A program made the translations under genes and the position numbers. Shown in pieces: positions 30,064-39,401 of a stretch of DNA of 64,000 nt. The stretch is taken from positions 520 through 64,519 of the forward strand of contig CAYXKL010000002.1 in NCBI GenBank assembly GCA_964464825.1, written 5' to 3'. The notes beneath the pieces are model-generated. The model did no database searches. It had not been told where the DNA came from and saw only the letters and a list, made by a program, of their open reading frames with translations. This DNA comes from an uncultured Melioribacter sp. Its GTDB lineage: Bacteria; Bacteroidota; Ignavibacteria; Ignavibacteriales; Melioribacteraceae. Within the stretch, counting starts at the first letter, position 1. Every line of letters begins with the position of its first letter.

Positions 30064-31623
30064 TTATTTGTATGGTAATAAAATAATAAATTCCGCACCG
30101 TTCGGCTTTCTGTTCCTTGCGGTGATAGTACCGCCGTGAGCTTCTATAAATCCCTTGGCTATTGATAATCCCAAACCGGTACCGCCGACTTTTGTACCGG
30201 GCAGACGGTAGAATTTTTTAAAAAGGTTTTTTAATTCGTTTTCCGGAAATCCATTTCCGCTATCGGAAATTATAATTGCTAAACCTTCCGTTGTTTTCTT
30301 TACATTAATTTCTATTGTGCTTTCCGGTGGAGTGTATTCCATTGAATTGTGGATAATGTTAATTAGAGCTTGTTCAATTAGTGTGTAATCGAAAAATAAA
30401 ATTCCAGCATCTTCATTAATGTTGATAAAAATATTTTGGCTGCATCCGCCGGCTCTGATTTTGGTTAAGAGCAGATTGAAAAGATCATTTATAGAATGCC
30501 AATCTTTTTTCAGAATCAAGTTACCGCTTTCAAGACGTGTTATATCTAATAGGTTTTCAACGAGACGTTTCAGTCGTTCAGCCGCAATTTTTGTTTCGTT
30601 TAATAATCTGTTTAGAGCGGATTTGTTTGCAATTATTTTTTCGTCTTTCAGTGAAGTTACAGCGCCGAGTATTGTTGTAATTGGTGTTTTTAATTCATGA
30701 GAGACAGAATCAAATAGAGTTTTATATAATTTTTCCGATTCCTGAATTACAAGATTTCTCTTAGCCGATTCTTTCAAGTATTCACGTTCAATCGCAATTG
30801 TAATCTGAGAAACAAAAGTATTAAGAAGCGACTCTATTTCTGTACTGAACACCGCATCATTAGGAAACACTAAACCTAAAACGCCAAGCTTGACTTCTTT
30901 AGATACAATCGGATAATAAGTAGCCGGGGAAATAAACTGAATTGTTTGTGTAAACCTACCGGCTTTTTCCGAATTCAGGTGAACGAACTGTGCAATATTC
31001 CATTCCGCATCATCAATTTTAAAAGTACTGGATTGATGCGGAACAGCTTGTAATTTTTTATCACTCTCGGAATAAATTATTGCAACCTCTGCACGAAATG
31101 TATCCTTGAGGTTTTTAACCGAGCACTCCGTTACATCATCCAAACTTTTTGAAGAGGAAAGTCCGCGCGTAAGATTATATAGTGCAGAAGTTTTCTTTTC
31201 CTTCTGATTTATTTGGATCTGCTGAGTTCGTATACGAGAAATTAATAAACCCGATACTGAGGCAATCACGAAATATAACCCGTACATTAATGCGTCTTCA
31301 ACCTTGCCGATTCTAAATGTAAAACGTGGAGGAATGAAATAATAATTCCATATGAATGAACTCATTACGGCAGCAAGAAAAATAGGACCGGGTTTAAAAT
31401 TAAATAATGGAAGTAGTGATATTATAAAAAGGAATATTAATGAAATAGATTGATAGCCAATAAGGTACGGTAAATAATATAAAATGATTCCGGCAATTGT
31501 GACTATGCATCCCGATAAAATATATTTAGTTACCGGTGCGTTCCAAATTGATTTTACAATTGCTTTAAAATTATTTACAGGAGGTGTTCCCGGCTGACTT
31601 AAATTATTTTTTTTAATTTCCAT
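30064..31623 (-). CDS. kdpD: KdpD-type sensor histidine kinase lacking the N-terminal KdpD/Usp sensor module (DUF4118 membrane domain-GAF-HisKA-HATPase)
   Basis: 519 aa with four TM helices and the WNYYFIPPRFTF motif typical of the KdpD membrane domain. It also has a GAF-like linker, H-box SHELKTPIT, and G-boxes DSGNGF / GTGLGLSI. Confidence 0.8.
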   Translation of the reverse strand: MEIKKNNLSQPGTPPVNNFKAIVKSIWNAPVTKYILSGCIVTIAGIILYYLPYLIGYQSISLIFLFIISLLPLFNFKPGPIFLAAVMSSFIWNYYFIPPRFTFRIGKVEDALMYGLYFVIASVSGLLISRIRTQQIQINQKEKKTSALYNLTRGLSSSKSLDDVTECSVKNLKDTFRAEVAIIYSESDKKLQAVPHQSSTFKIDDAEWNIAQFVHLNSEKAGRFTQTIQFISPATYYPIVSKEVKLGVLGLVFPNDAVFSTEIESLLNTFVSQITIAIEREYLKESAKRNLVIQESEKLYKTLFDSVSHELKTPITTILGAVTSLKDEKIIANKSALNRLLNETKIAAERLKRLVENLLDITRLESGNLILKKDWHSINDLFNLLLTKIRAGGCSQNIFININEDAGILFFDYTLIEQALINIIHNSMEYTPPESTIEINVKKTTEGLAIIISDSGNGFPENELKNLFKKFYRLPGTKVGGTGLGLSIAKGFIEAHGGTITARNRKPNGAEFIILLPYK

Positions 31624-31795
31624 AAAATAACCTCATAACAAAACATTTATCACTCAAACTTAAAATCATCATTTATCCCAAACGAAAACTAAACAACTGT
31701 TTTTAAATACGCTGTAAATAAAAAAATGCTAAGCCTAAAATATTCATAAACCTTACTTATCTCTATAAAGATTCTGTAAATACTAAAGGAAAACG

Positions 31796-31817
31796 CATAA
31801 AGAAATCATAAAGAAAT
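31796..31817. promoter_or_regulatory. Perfect 11-bp tandem direct repeat CATAAAGAAAT x2 (candidate OmpR/KdpE-type binding site)
   Basis: Seen directly in the sequence. It lies in the divergent region, about 70-90 nt upstream of the transporter ATG (31885) and about 175 nt upstream of the kinase start. Confidence 0.4.
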
Positions 31818-31884
31818 AGATAAATATTTTACAATTGAAAATGCATAGTTCATCTTTGCATCCGTAATATTGAGGAGTAGATGT

Positions 31885-33861
31885 ATGTCGGATAATTCAG
31901 GAAACTCATCTAAAAGAGTAAAGTTGAAACGGTTTATTTTTGGTTCACCGCGTAATTTAAATGACTCAAAGATTTTCCATAAATTATCATTAATCCCTTT
32001 TCTCGCATGGGTAGGTTTGGGGGCAGATGGATTGTCTTCCTCTGCATACGGACCGGAAGAAGCATTCCGGACACTTGGTAATCATACATACCTGGCAGTA
32101 TTTATTGCGCTTGCAACTATTATAACAGTATTTGTTATATCGTATGCATACTCAAGAATAATAGAACATTTTCCACATGGCGGCGGCGGTTATATTGTTG
32201 CTACGCATATGCTTGGCGAAAAAGCCGGTGTTGTTTCAGGATCAGCATTAATAGTTGATTATATTTTAACTATAACTGTTTCAATTGCTTCTTGTTCGGA
32301 TGCACTTTTTAGTTATTTACCAATCGGATATCAAAAATATAAAATGATTTTCGCAGCGGCGCTTATCATTCTAATGATAATTATGAATATGAGAGGCGTT
32401 AAAGAATCAATTACCGGACTAACACCCATCTTCTTAACTTTTATTTTAACTCATGCTTTTATGCTCGGTTACGGATTAATCAGTCAAATAGGAAGCTTTG
32501 GAAATGTTACAAATCAAATTAGTACCGGTTTGCAAAATGATTTATCAACAATCGGAATTTTTGGAATTCTGATGATTTTACTGAGAGCATATTCACTGGG
32601 AGGCGGTACTTATACTGGGATTGAAGCAGTTTCAAACGGTTTACAAATTATGCGTGATCCTAAAGTTAAAACCGGTAAGAGAACAATGCTTTATATGGCA
32701 ACTTCTCTTGCATTAACTGCTGCCGGTTTAGCTCTTCTTTATCTGCTCGTTGGAGTTCGCCCAGCAATTGGCAAGACACTTAACTCAGTCCTTGCGGATA
32801 GTTTGTTTGGCGACTGGAGTTTTGGTCATACATTAGCGGTAATTACAATTTTTTCAGAAGGAGCGTTATTACTTGTTGCGGCACAAGCCGGTTTTATAGA
32901 TGCACCGCGAGTTATGGCTAACATGGCAGTTGATTCGTGGCTGCCTCATCGTTTTGCTGCATTCTCTGATAGACTTACTATGCAAAACGGGGTAGTTCTT
33001 GTTGGAACTGCAGCACTTGCACTTCTATTTTATACACAAGGATCAATCACAGCTTTAGTTATTATGTATTCTATCAATGTATTTCTGACTTTTACTATCT
33101 CTGAATTTGGAATGTCAAGATTTTTTATTAAGCATAGGAAAAATGAAAAATATTGGAAAAAACATTTAAGTGTTCATCTAACCGGACTGATACTCTGTTT
33201 TACAATTCTCTCTGTTACAGTATTTGAAAAATTTTTAGAAGGCGGATGGCTTACACTCGTAATTACTTCTATGGTTATAGCACTTTGTTATTTTATTCGT
33301 AAACATTATTTAAAAATTAAGAGTGATAAAAAGAAATTCGATGAGCTACTTACGACTATCCCCACTATAGGAGAGTATAACAGTGAACCCGTAAATTCTA
33401 AAGAGAACACTGCCATTTTACTTGTTAATGGTTACAATGGTTTTGGAGTCCATACATTCTTAACTATTGTAAAACAGTTCCCGGATTTTTATAAAAATTT
33501 CATTTTTGTTTCTGTTGTAGTTGTAGATCAAGGTGTTTTCAAAGGCGAAGAAGGATTGGATCATCATAAAGAATCTGTTAAAGTATCATTAGAAAAATAT
33601 GTTGATCTTGCACGCAGACTTGGATTGAAAGCGGATTATAGAATTGAAATTGGAACCGATGTTGTTCAATCGGGCTCGGATTTATGTGTTAAAGTAAATA
33701 AAGAATTTTCTAGATCAATGGTGTTTTCCGGTAAGCTGGCATTCCGTATCGAGAAGTTCTATCATAAATTTCTGCACAACGAAACAGCATTTGCAATTCA
33801 ACGTATATTACATTGGAATGGTGTGCCGAATATGATTTTACCAATAAGAATGGATTTGTAA
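31885..33861 (+). CDS. kimA: APC-superfamily transporter with C-terminal cytoplasmic domain, KimA-like K+/H+ symporter candidate
   Basis: N-terminal 12-TM APC fold (GADGLSSSAYGPEE, FPHGGGGYIVA, IVDYILTITVSIAS) plus a ~200-aa soluble C-terminal domain ending ...FLHNETAFAIQRIL, as in B. subtilis KimA from memory. I prefer the ATG at 31885, preceded by GAGGAG, over the TTG at 31870. Confidence 0.7.
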   Translation: MSDNSGNSSKRVKLKRFIFGSPRNLNDSKIFHKLSLIPFLAWVGLGADGLSSSAYGPEEAFRTLGNHTYLAVFIALATIITVFVISYAYSRIIEHFPHGGGGYIVATHMLGEKAGVVSGSALIVDYILTITVSIASCSDALFSYLPIGYQKYKMIFAAALIILMIIMNMRGVKESITGLTPIFLTFILTHAFMLGYGLISQIGSFGNVTNQISTGLQNDLSTIGIFGILMILLRAYSLGGGTYTGIEAVSNGLQIMRDPKVKTGKRTMLYMATSLALTAAGLALLYLLVGVRPAIGKTLNSVLADSLFGDWSFGHTLAVITIFSEGALLLVAAQAGFIDAPRVMANMAVDSWLPHRFAAFSDRLTMQNGVVLVGTAALALLFYTQGSITALVIMYSINVFLTFTISEFGMSRFFIKHRKNEKYWKKHLSVHLTGLILCFTILSVTVFEKFLEGGWLTLVITSMVIALCYFIRKHYLKIKSDKKKFDELLTTIPTIGEYNSEPVNSKENTAILLVNGYNGFGVHTFLTIVKQFPDFYKNFIFVSVVVVDQGVFKGEEGLDHHKESVKVSLEKYVDLARRLGLKADYRIEIGTDVVQSGSDLCVKVNKEFSRSMVFSGKLAFRIEKFYHKFLHNETAFAIQRILHWNGVPNMILPIRMDL

Positions 33862-33874
33862 GAAAGATTGTTTA

Positions 33875-33894
33875 GGTCGAGGTATACCTCGACC
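33875..33894. terminator. Bidirectional hairpin between convergent kimA-like and sufE genes
   Basis: Perfect 20-nt palindrome GGTCGAGGTATACCTCGACC. Confidence 0.55.
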
Positions 33895-33900
33895 CTACGG

Positions 33901-34332
33901 TTATGATTGTTTCTCATTCATTGCTTTAAACGCAACCGCATACATTTGTATCTGCTTCATCATGGCGGCTAAACCGTTTTTGCGAGTAGGTGAAAGGTGT
34001 TTATCTATTCCAATCTTGCTTAAGAAATATGGAGGGTTGTAAATAATTTCATCCGGTGTGTGCCCTGAATAAACCCGGATTAAAATTGCAATCAATCCTT
34101 TTACAATTGATGCGTCACTATCTGCTTCAAAAATAATTTTACCATCGGAAAGTTTTGCATTTATCCACACTTGGGATTGGCAGCCGGAAAGTTTGTATTT
34201 ATCCGTACGTAAAGATTCATCAATCGGCGGGAGTTCTCTGCCCAATTCAATAATACGTTTGTACCGCTCTTCCCAATCGATGTACTCTTCAAACTCTTTT
34301 ACAATTTCGTTTTGTATTTCGGGAATAGTCAT
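33901..34332 (-). CDS. sufE: Cysteine desulfuration protein SufE
   Basis: 143 aa. SufE/Fe-S metabolism motif LSGCQSQVWI. Confidence 0.9.
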   Translation of the reverse strand: MTIPEIQNEIVKEFEEYIDWEERYKRIIELGRELPPIDESLRTDKYKLSGCQSQVWINAKLSDGKIIFEADSDASIVKGLIAILIRVYSGHTPDEIIYNPPYFLSKIGIDKHLSPTRKNGLAAMMKQIQMYAVAFKAMNEKQS

Positions 34333-34407
34333 TATAAATAAGATAATAATTATTTGAACGAAATATTGTAAAAGTATTACTACATATCAAAATTTACTTA
34401 CAGATAA

Positions 34408-34884
34408 TTAGTAAAGTGTAACCCGGTCGTGCATAGTTGAACCGACTACGAAACTTACACATGGATTTCCCGGACCCGATTCCAATCTTATAATTTCTTG
34501 AATCACTTCATAGGTTCCGGTTAACTGTCCGCTTGGAATAGTATAAGTTTGCGACTCGGCGGTTTTGCCGTCCTCCCCGGTAACTATACTGCCGATAAAA
34601 CCGAGAGAAATTTCTCCCGTAGTATAACCGCTTCCGGTTAAATCATAACTTCCTTTTGCAACATATTTGCCGGCTTTAATGTTTGTTACGGAAGCACCTT
34701 TCGGCCCTTTAAGTTCTGTAATTGTAAGATAATGATTTGAACTTCCATAGTAGTGCTCAGCACGGCTCCAGGTGATTACGTACAATTGCGAAGATTCAGT
34801 CGGGTTATCTTCATCACAGCTAAATAAAAAACACGACGCAATAATTACAAACAGTGTTAAAAATAAGTAAAATATTTTTTTCAT
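34408..34884 (-). CDS. Putative lipoprotein, unknown function
   Basis: Signal peptide with lipobox-like LFSC. No recognisable domain. Confidence 0.4.
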   Translation of the reverse strand: MKKIFYLFLTLFVIIASCFLFSCDEDNPTESSQLYVITWSRAEHYYGSSNHYLTITELKGPKGASVTNIKAGKYVAKGSYDLTGSGYTTGEISLGFIGSIVTGEDGKTAESQTYTIPSGQLTGTYEVIQEIIRLESGPGNPCVSFVVGSTMHDRVTLY

Positions 34885-34933
34885 AATTATTCCTTTCATA
34901 ATTAATGATAAATTATAAGTAATTCATTGAACA

Positions 34934-35467
34934 TTAATTAAATTTTTCTTTCTCTTTATTGTATAATATAGTTAAGATAATAGGCCCGGCTAAACCGGCA
35001 ATAATTAAATAACCCGGCACACCAACAATTACATTAATAATTGTTGCAATAATTGAATTTACCCAGACACCAATAAATCCAGCTTTTTTCCAGTTCCATA
35101 AAAATATTGCGAACAGAAGATTGGCAAACGGCAGTACGATCAGTAGAAGTGTTATGATAGCAGAATCATGTGTAATATTTTTATATACAGTATCTGCAAT
35201 TGCGATATAATATATCCCGAGCAGCGGATTGCAGACCATCATACCGATTAAAAAAGCAGTTAAACAACCGCCTCTTTTTGAAAGGTCTTTTGGAATTGTT
35301 TCCGGAGGCTGTTCTGTTGAGGGTAAATTAATTTTTCCCGGAATTATTTCAGTATTGCATACCGGACAAATTATTTTTTCGCTGAATCGCTCTTCCCCCT
35401 CAACCTCTAATTCTTTTTTGCAATTAGGACAGATAATTTCTTTTGGAAAATTGACAACTCTTACCAT
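34934..35467 (-). CDS. Zinc-ribbon membrane protein, unknown function
   Basis: 177 aa. N-terminal CPNC...CPVC zinc ribbon followed by about 4 TM helices. Confidence 0.45.
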   Translation of the reverse strand: MVRVVNFPKEIICPNCKKELEVEGEERFSEKIICPVCNTEIIPGKINLPSTEQPPETIPKDLSKRGGCLTAFLIGMMVCNPLLGIYYIAIADTVYKNITHDSAIITLLLIVLPFANLLFAIFLWNWKKAGFIGVWVNSIIATIINVIVGVPGYLIIAGLAGPIILTILYNKEKEKFN

Positions 35468-35577
35468 ATATAAATTCTCCTGATTTGATAAATGAAGAAG
35501 ATCGGAAATTTATTATCATGATTTAAAATCAAAAGAATTATCAGCAGTGAAAATGCAATATTGAAACTCGCCTTGGG

Positions 35578-35629
35578 AGAGAAGTTTCTCTGATATAGCG
35601 GAAAGGGATTATTCAATAATCCGCTTTCC
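35578..35629. repeat. Two adjacent palindromes/hairpins in the spacer downstream of the DUF3078 gene
   Basis: AGAGAAGTTTCTCT (35578-35591) and the 30-nt GGAAAGGGATTATTCAATAATCCGCTTTCC (35600-35629), about 13 bp with one bulge. The minus strand continues GTCATTTCCACC..., resembling other GTCAT-type elements in the window. Confidence 0.5.
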
Positions 35630-35727
35630 TCTCAAGGTGGAAATGACTGAATGAAAACTAAGAAAATCGAAATGCAGTGTAAATAAAAATTATTTTATTT
35701 TTTGATTAAAATACTATATCAACTCTG

Positions 35728-36570
35728 TTATAAAAGCGAATAAGTAATGCCGATCTGCAATCCTTCTTTCATTTGTGTTTTTGGAGTTTGTGCTTTTTCA
35801 TATAGTAAAATATATGTGAAATTAACCCCAAGCCATGTATTAACCTTTGCAGTAATTGTGTTATCCCAGAGAACATCCCAAACATCTAAACTTTCAAAAC
35901 GGGAAAATAAGCGGAGTTTGGTTTTCCAAATTACATTGGTATCTATTGTATAATCTATATCAGTTACTGATTCAATACCGGTTTCAAATTTGAAATTTTC
36001 GAATTCATCTAATGTCTCCGAGTCATCAGAATACTGCGTGAATTTATTTGTAATGACTTCTTGAAATGCTACACCGAAACGTGTTATAATGTTTGAATAT
36101 TTATCATAAGTAAAACCAATTGTTTGGGTAATATAACCGGGATCAAAAAAATCGGAGATGTTCGGAGAATCCTCCACTTTATAATCATATCCTTTTGAAA
36201 TCTGTGTTCTGATAGCATTTGAAACAAACGGACTGACAGCCCAGCCGAGATCGTAACTGGCAAGATTTTCAATGTAAAGATCGTTTACAGTTGTTCGGTA
36301 CAATCCATCGCCAATTTTTGCTCTTCCGTACTGTGCCTTGATTTGATTTTTAAAAGCCCACGGTTTATCAACACGATTTAAATTAAAATCGCCTAACAAA
36401 GTCCACGCAATCGAATTTTCACCGCCCTTAACCCAATTACTAAATGCTATTTGGCTAATACCTAATCCGGTTGTTAATGATGGATTCCATTTCCCGTGAA
36501 TTGAATCCGGAGTTTGAGCTTGTGCTGTTGAGAAAAATATCAATATTAAAACAACAATTATTCTTTTCAT
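35728..36570 (-). CDS. DUF3078-family outer-membrane protein
   Basis: 280 aa with a signal peptide. WNPSLTTGLGISQIAFSNWVKGGENSIAW is typical of DUF3078, and the body is beta-barrel-like. Confidence 0.7.
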   Translation of the reverse strand: MKRIIVVLILIFFSTAQAQTPDSIHGKWNPSLTTGLGISQIAFSNWVKGGENSIAWTLLGDFNLNRVDKPWAFKNQIKAQYGRAKIGDGLYRTTVNDLYIENLASYDLGWAVSPFVSNAIRTQISKGYDYKVEDSPNISDFFDPGYITQTIGFTYDKYSNIITRFGVAFQEVITNKFTQYSDDSETLDEFENFKFETGIESVTDIDYTIDTNVIWKTKLRLFSRFESLDVWDVLWDNTITAKVNTWLGVNFTYILLYEKAQTPKTQMKEGLQIGITYSLL

Positions 36571-36734
36571 ATTGAACCTTTATTTTGAATTTTCTGCATA
36601 CAAAGATAAAATTTGTTTTTTGATGATGCATCAAGATTTATGCATCAATTTTTTCCTGATCTAATTTTGTTTAGTTAGCAGCCGATATTTATATTCACAT
36701 TTACGCTTTTGTAAATTGAAAGGAAATAAGTGCA

Positions 36735-37082
36735 ATGAAGATTCAAAAACTGATTTTACCTTTGCTGGCTGCCGGAATAATCGCACTCCTCTATTTTTCA
36801 TATTTCAGTCCCAAAGATGATCTCGGGCTATTTTCTGAATTTGATACGAACAGCAACACGAACAGAGATATTATGGTTAAAGTTCTATCGGAGAGAGGAT
36901 TTGTACAAGATCCAGCTGGCGGCGGAACAATTTTTTATGTTGAAGATAGAGCCGGCGTGCAAGTTAAAGTGCTCGGACCGTTATCGCTTCCACCCGGAAT
37001 GGATGTAACAAGCCGTGTAACTCTGCGAGGTCATTATCACGGTGATTATTTTCATGCCAGCGAAGTGACCCCAAGGAATTGA
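36735..37082 (+). CDS. Small membrane-anchored protein, possible OB-fold (CcmE-like shape without the heme-binding His motif)
   Basis: 115 aa with one N-terminal TM helix. The pattern F.VED..G..V.V.G.L....... .V.L.G......F.A.EV is loosely CcmE-like. The call is weak. Confidence 0.35.
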   Translation: MKIQKLILPLLAAGIIALLYFSYFSPKDDLGLFSEFDTNSNTNRDIMVKVLSERGFVQDPAGGGTIFYVEDRAGVQVKVLGPLSLPPGMDVTSRVTLRGHYHGDYFHASEVTPRN

Positions 37083-37134
37083 TTATTAATAATGAACGCA
37101 AATTTTCAATATGCGTATTGGCAATTAATTTTTT

Positions 37135-37256
37135 TATAAATGAGGTTGTCTCAATAGTAATAGTTCAAATAAAAAATCTGCTTCAATCTGTTTTAATCGG
37201 ATTTTATCTGCGTGCTATTATATTAAAAAATTTATTTTTGAGACAACCTCTATAAA
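37135..37256. repeat. 109-bp element bounded by perfect 13-bp inverted repeats (GAGGTTGTCTCAA / TTGAGACAACCTC), flanked by TATAAA on both sides; MITE-like or a structured uvrB leader
   Basis: Arms at 37142-37154 and 37238-37250. TATAAA occurs at 37135-37140 and 37251-37256. The right arm ends 11 nt before the uvrB ATG. Confidence 0.45.
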
Positions 37257-37261
37257 ATAAT

Positions 37262-39277
37262 ATGGCAAACTTTGAACTCATATCGAACTACCAGCCGGCC
37301 GGAGACCAGCCGAAGGCAATTAAGGAATTAGTTGATGGACTGAACAAAGGTGTTAAGCATCAAACGCTGCTCGGTGTTACGGGCAGTGGCAAAACTTATA
37401 CAATGTCGAATGTAATTCAACAATTTAATAGACCCACACTTATAATTTCTCACAATAAAACTTTAGCGGCGCAGCTCTATTCGGAATTCAAATCCTTCTT
37501 TCCGAACAATGCAGTAGAATTTTTTATCAGTTATTATGATTACTACCAGCCGGAAGCATATGTTGTAAAACGCGATCTCTACATCGAAAAAGATTTTTCA
37601 GTAAACGAAGAAATTGACAGACTTCGTTTAAAAGCAACAACTTCGTTAATTGAAGGAAGGCGTGATGTAATAATTGTTGCAAGCGTTTCATGTATTTACG
37701 GTATCGGCGCACCGGATGAATATGCACGGCAGATTTTGTTTTTACGAAAAGGTCAAACAATAGAACGGAAAAAACTTCTGCGTAAACTTATTGATATTTA
37801 TTATGTGCGCAACGATGCCGATTTTTCACGCGGTACATTCCGTGCTCGTGGAGATGTTGTAGAAATAATTCCGGCATATCAATACGAAGAAGCTGTTCGT
37901 ATTGAATTCTGGGGAGACGAGATTGAAAAAATATCTATCATTGATTCGATTACCGGTAATGTAATAAATGAAGTTGAATCCGTTCCTATCTATCCGGCAA
38001 AATATTTTGTTACTACAAAAGATCAGGTTAACCGTGCAATAATTACAATTGAAGAGGAATTAAAGGAGCGCTTAAAATATTTTTGGTCTCAGGAAAAATA
38101 TGTAGAAGCACAGCGTCTTGAACAGCGCACAAAATTCGATATCGAAATGATGAGAGAGATCGGTTACTGTTCGGGAATTGAAAATTATTCACGTCATATG
38201 GATAACCGCCCGCCCGGCTCGCGTCCGTATTGCTTATTCGATTACTTCCCCAAAGACTATCTATTAATAATCGATGAATCTCATGTTACGGTTCCGCAGA
38301 TTCGCGGAATGTATAATGGTGACCGCTCCCGTAAAGAGGTTTTGGTTGAATATGGTTTCCGTCTGCCGAGTGCCCTCGATAACCGTCCGCTAAAGTTTGA
38401 AGAGTTTGAAGCAATGACAAATCAAGTTGTTTATGTCAGTGCTACGCCAGCCGATTATGAACTTGCAAAAAGCGGCGGTGTTTTTGTAGAGCAAGTTATC
38501 CGTCCTACAGGTCTGCTCGATCCAAGTATTGAAGTGCGCCCTATTAAAGGACAGATTGATGATCTGATTGGCGAAATTAGAATGCGTGTTGAAAAAAAAG
38601 AAAGAGTTCTTGTAACAACACTTACAAAAAAAATGGCGGAAGATTTAACAGACTATCTGGATAAATTGAAAATTAAAGTCCGTTACATACACAGTGATAT
38701 TGATGCGCTTGAACGTGTTGAGATAATACGCGATCTGCGCATTGGTGATTTTGATGTACTGGTAGGTGTTAATTTACTACGCGAAGGATTGGATCTGCCG
38801 GAAGTTTCTCTAGTCGCTATTCTTGATGCTGATAAAGAAGGATTTTTGAGAAGCGAAAGATCATTAATGCAGACAGCCGGACGCACTGCAAGAAATGTGA
38901 ACGGAAAGGTTTTGATGTATGCTGATATGATAACCGAATCGATGCGGAAGACTATTAACGAAACAACACGCCGCAGAAAATTACAAGAGGAATACAACAA
39001 AGAAAACAATATCACTCCAAAAACTATTTACAAAAGCGTTGAAGAAATTCTATCATCAACATCAATTGCAGATGTGCGTAAAAAAGATTATGAAAAGGAG
39101 GAAGCACAATTCCTTAAAGTTGCAGAACCGGTTGTACGCTACATGAGCAAAGAACAGAAATTAGAATTGATCGAACAGATGACCGAAGAAATGTTAACGG
39201 CGGCAAAAGATCTGGAATTTGAAAGAGCGGCTTTTCTGCGTGATGAAATTGAGAAGATGAAAAAACTAGTGAAGTAA
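37262..39277 (+). CDS. uvrB: Excinuclease ABC subunit B
   Basis: 671 aa with GVTGSGKT, helicase motifs, the beta-hairpin region and the C-terminal UVR domain ([14 protein letters not shown]). Confidence 0.98.
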   Translation: MANFELISNYQPAGDQPKAIKELVDGLNKGVKHQTLLGVTGSGKTYTMSNVIQQFNRPTLIISHNKTLAAQLYSEFKSFFPNNAVEFFISYYDYYQPEAYVVKRDLYIEKDFSVNEEIDRLRLKATTSLIEGRRDVIIVASVSCIYGIGAPDEYARQILFLRKGQTIERKKLLRKLIDIYYVRNDADFSRGTFRARGDVVEIIPAYQYEEAVRIEFWGDEIEKISIIDSITGNVINEVESVPIYPAKYFVTTKDQVNRAIITIEEELKERLKYFWSQEKYVEAQRLEQRTKFDIEMMREIGYCSGIENYSRHMDNRPPGSRPYCLFDYFPKDYLLIIDESHVTVPQIRGMYNGDRSRKEVLVEYGFRLPSALDNRPLKFEEFEAMTNQVVYVSATPADYELAKSGGVFVEQVIRPTGLLDPSIEVRPIKGQIDDLIGEIRMRVEKKERVLVTTLTKKMAEDLTDYLDKLKIKVRYIHSDIDALERVEIIRDLRIGDFDVLVGVNLLREGLDLPEVSLVAILDADKEGFLRSERSLMQTAGRTARNVNGKVLMYADMITESMRKTINETTRRRKLQEEYNKENNITPKTIYKSVEEILSSTSIADVRKKDYEKEEAQFLKVAEPVVRYMSKEQKLELIEQMTEEMLTAAKDLEFERAAFLRDEIEKMKKLVK

Positions 39278-39401
39278 TGAGAGAAGTGTATTGCGAAACG
39301 CGAGAAGTAAAATGCGAGACTTAAAACGGAAAATGTGAAAGAAGTTATAAGTGTTGAATTATGAGTTATAGATTATGCATTAAGCTCAAAGGAGATGTAA
39401 A

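Noticed and set aside
31624-31884. c-di-AMP (ydaO/kimA-type) riboswitch upstream of the KimA-like gene
   Set aside because: The spacer is uniformly AT-rich and lacks the GC-rich pseudo-symmetric helices of that riboswitch. Only the 11-bp tandem repeat stands out.
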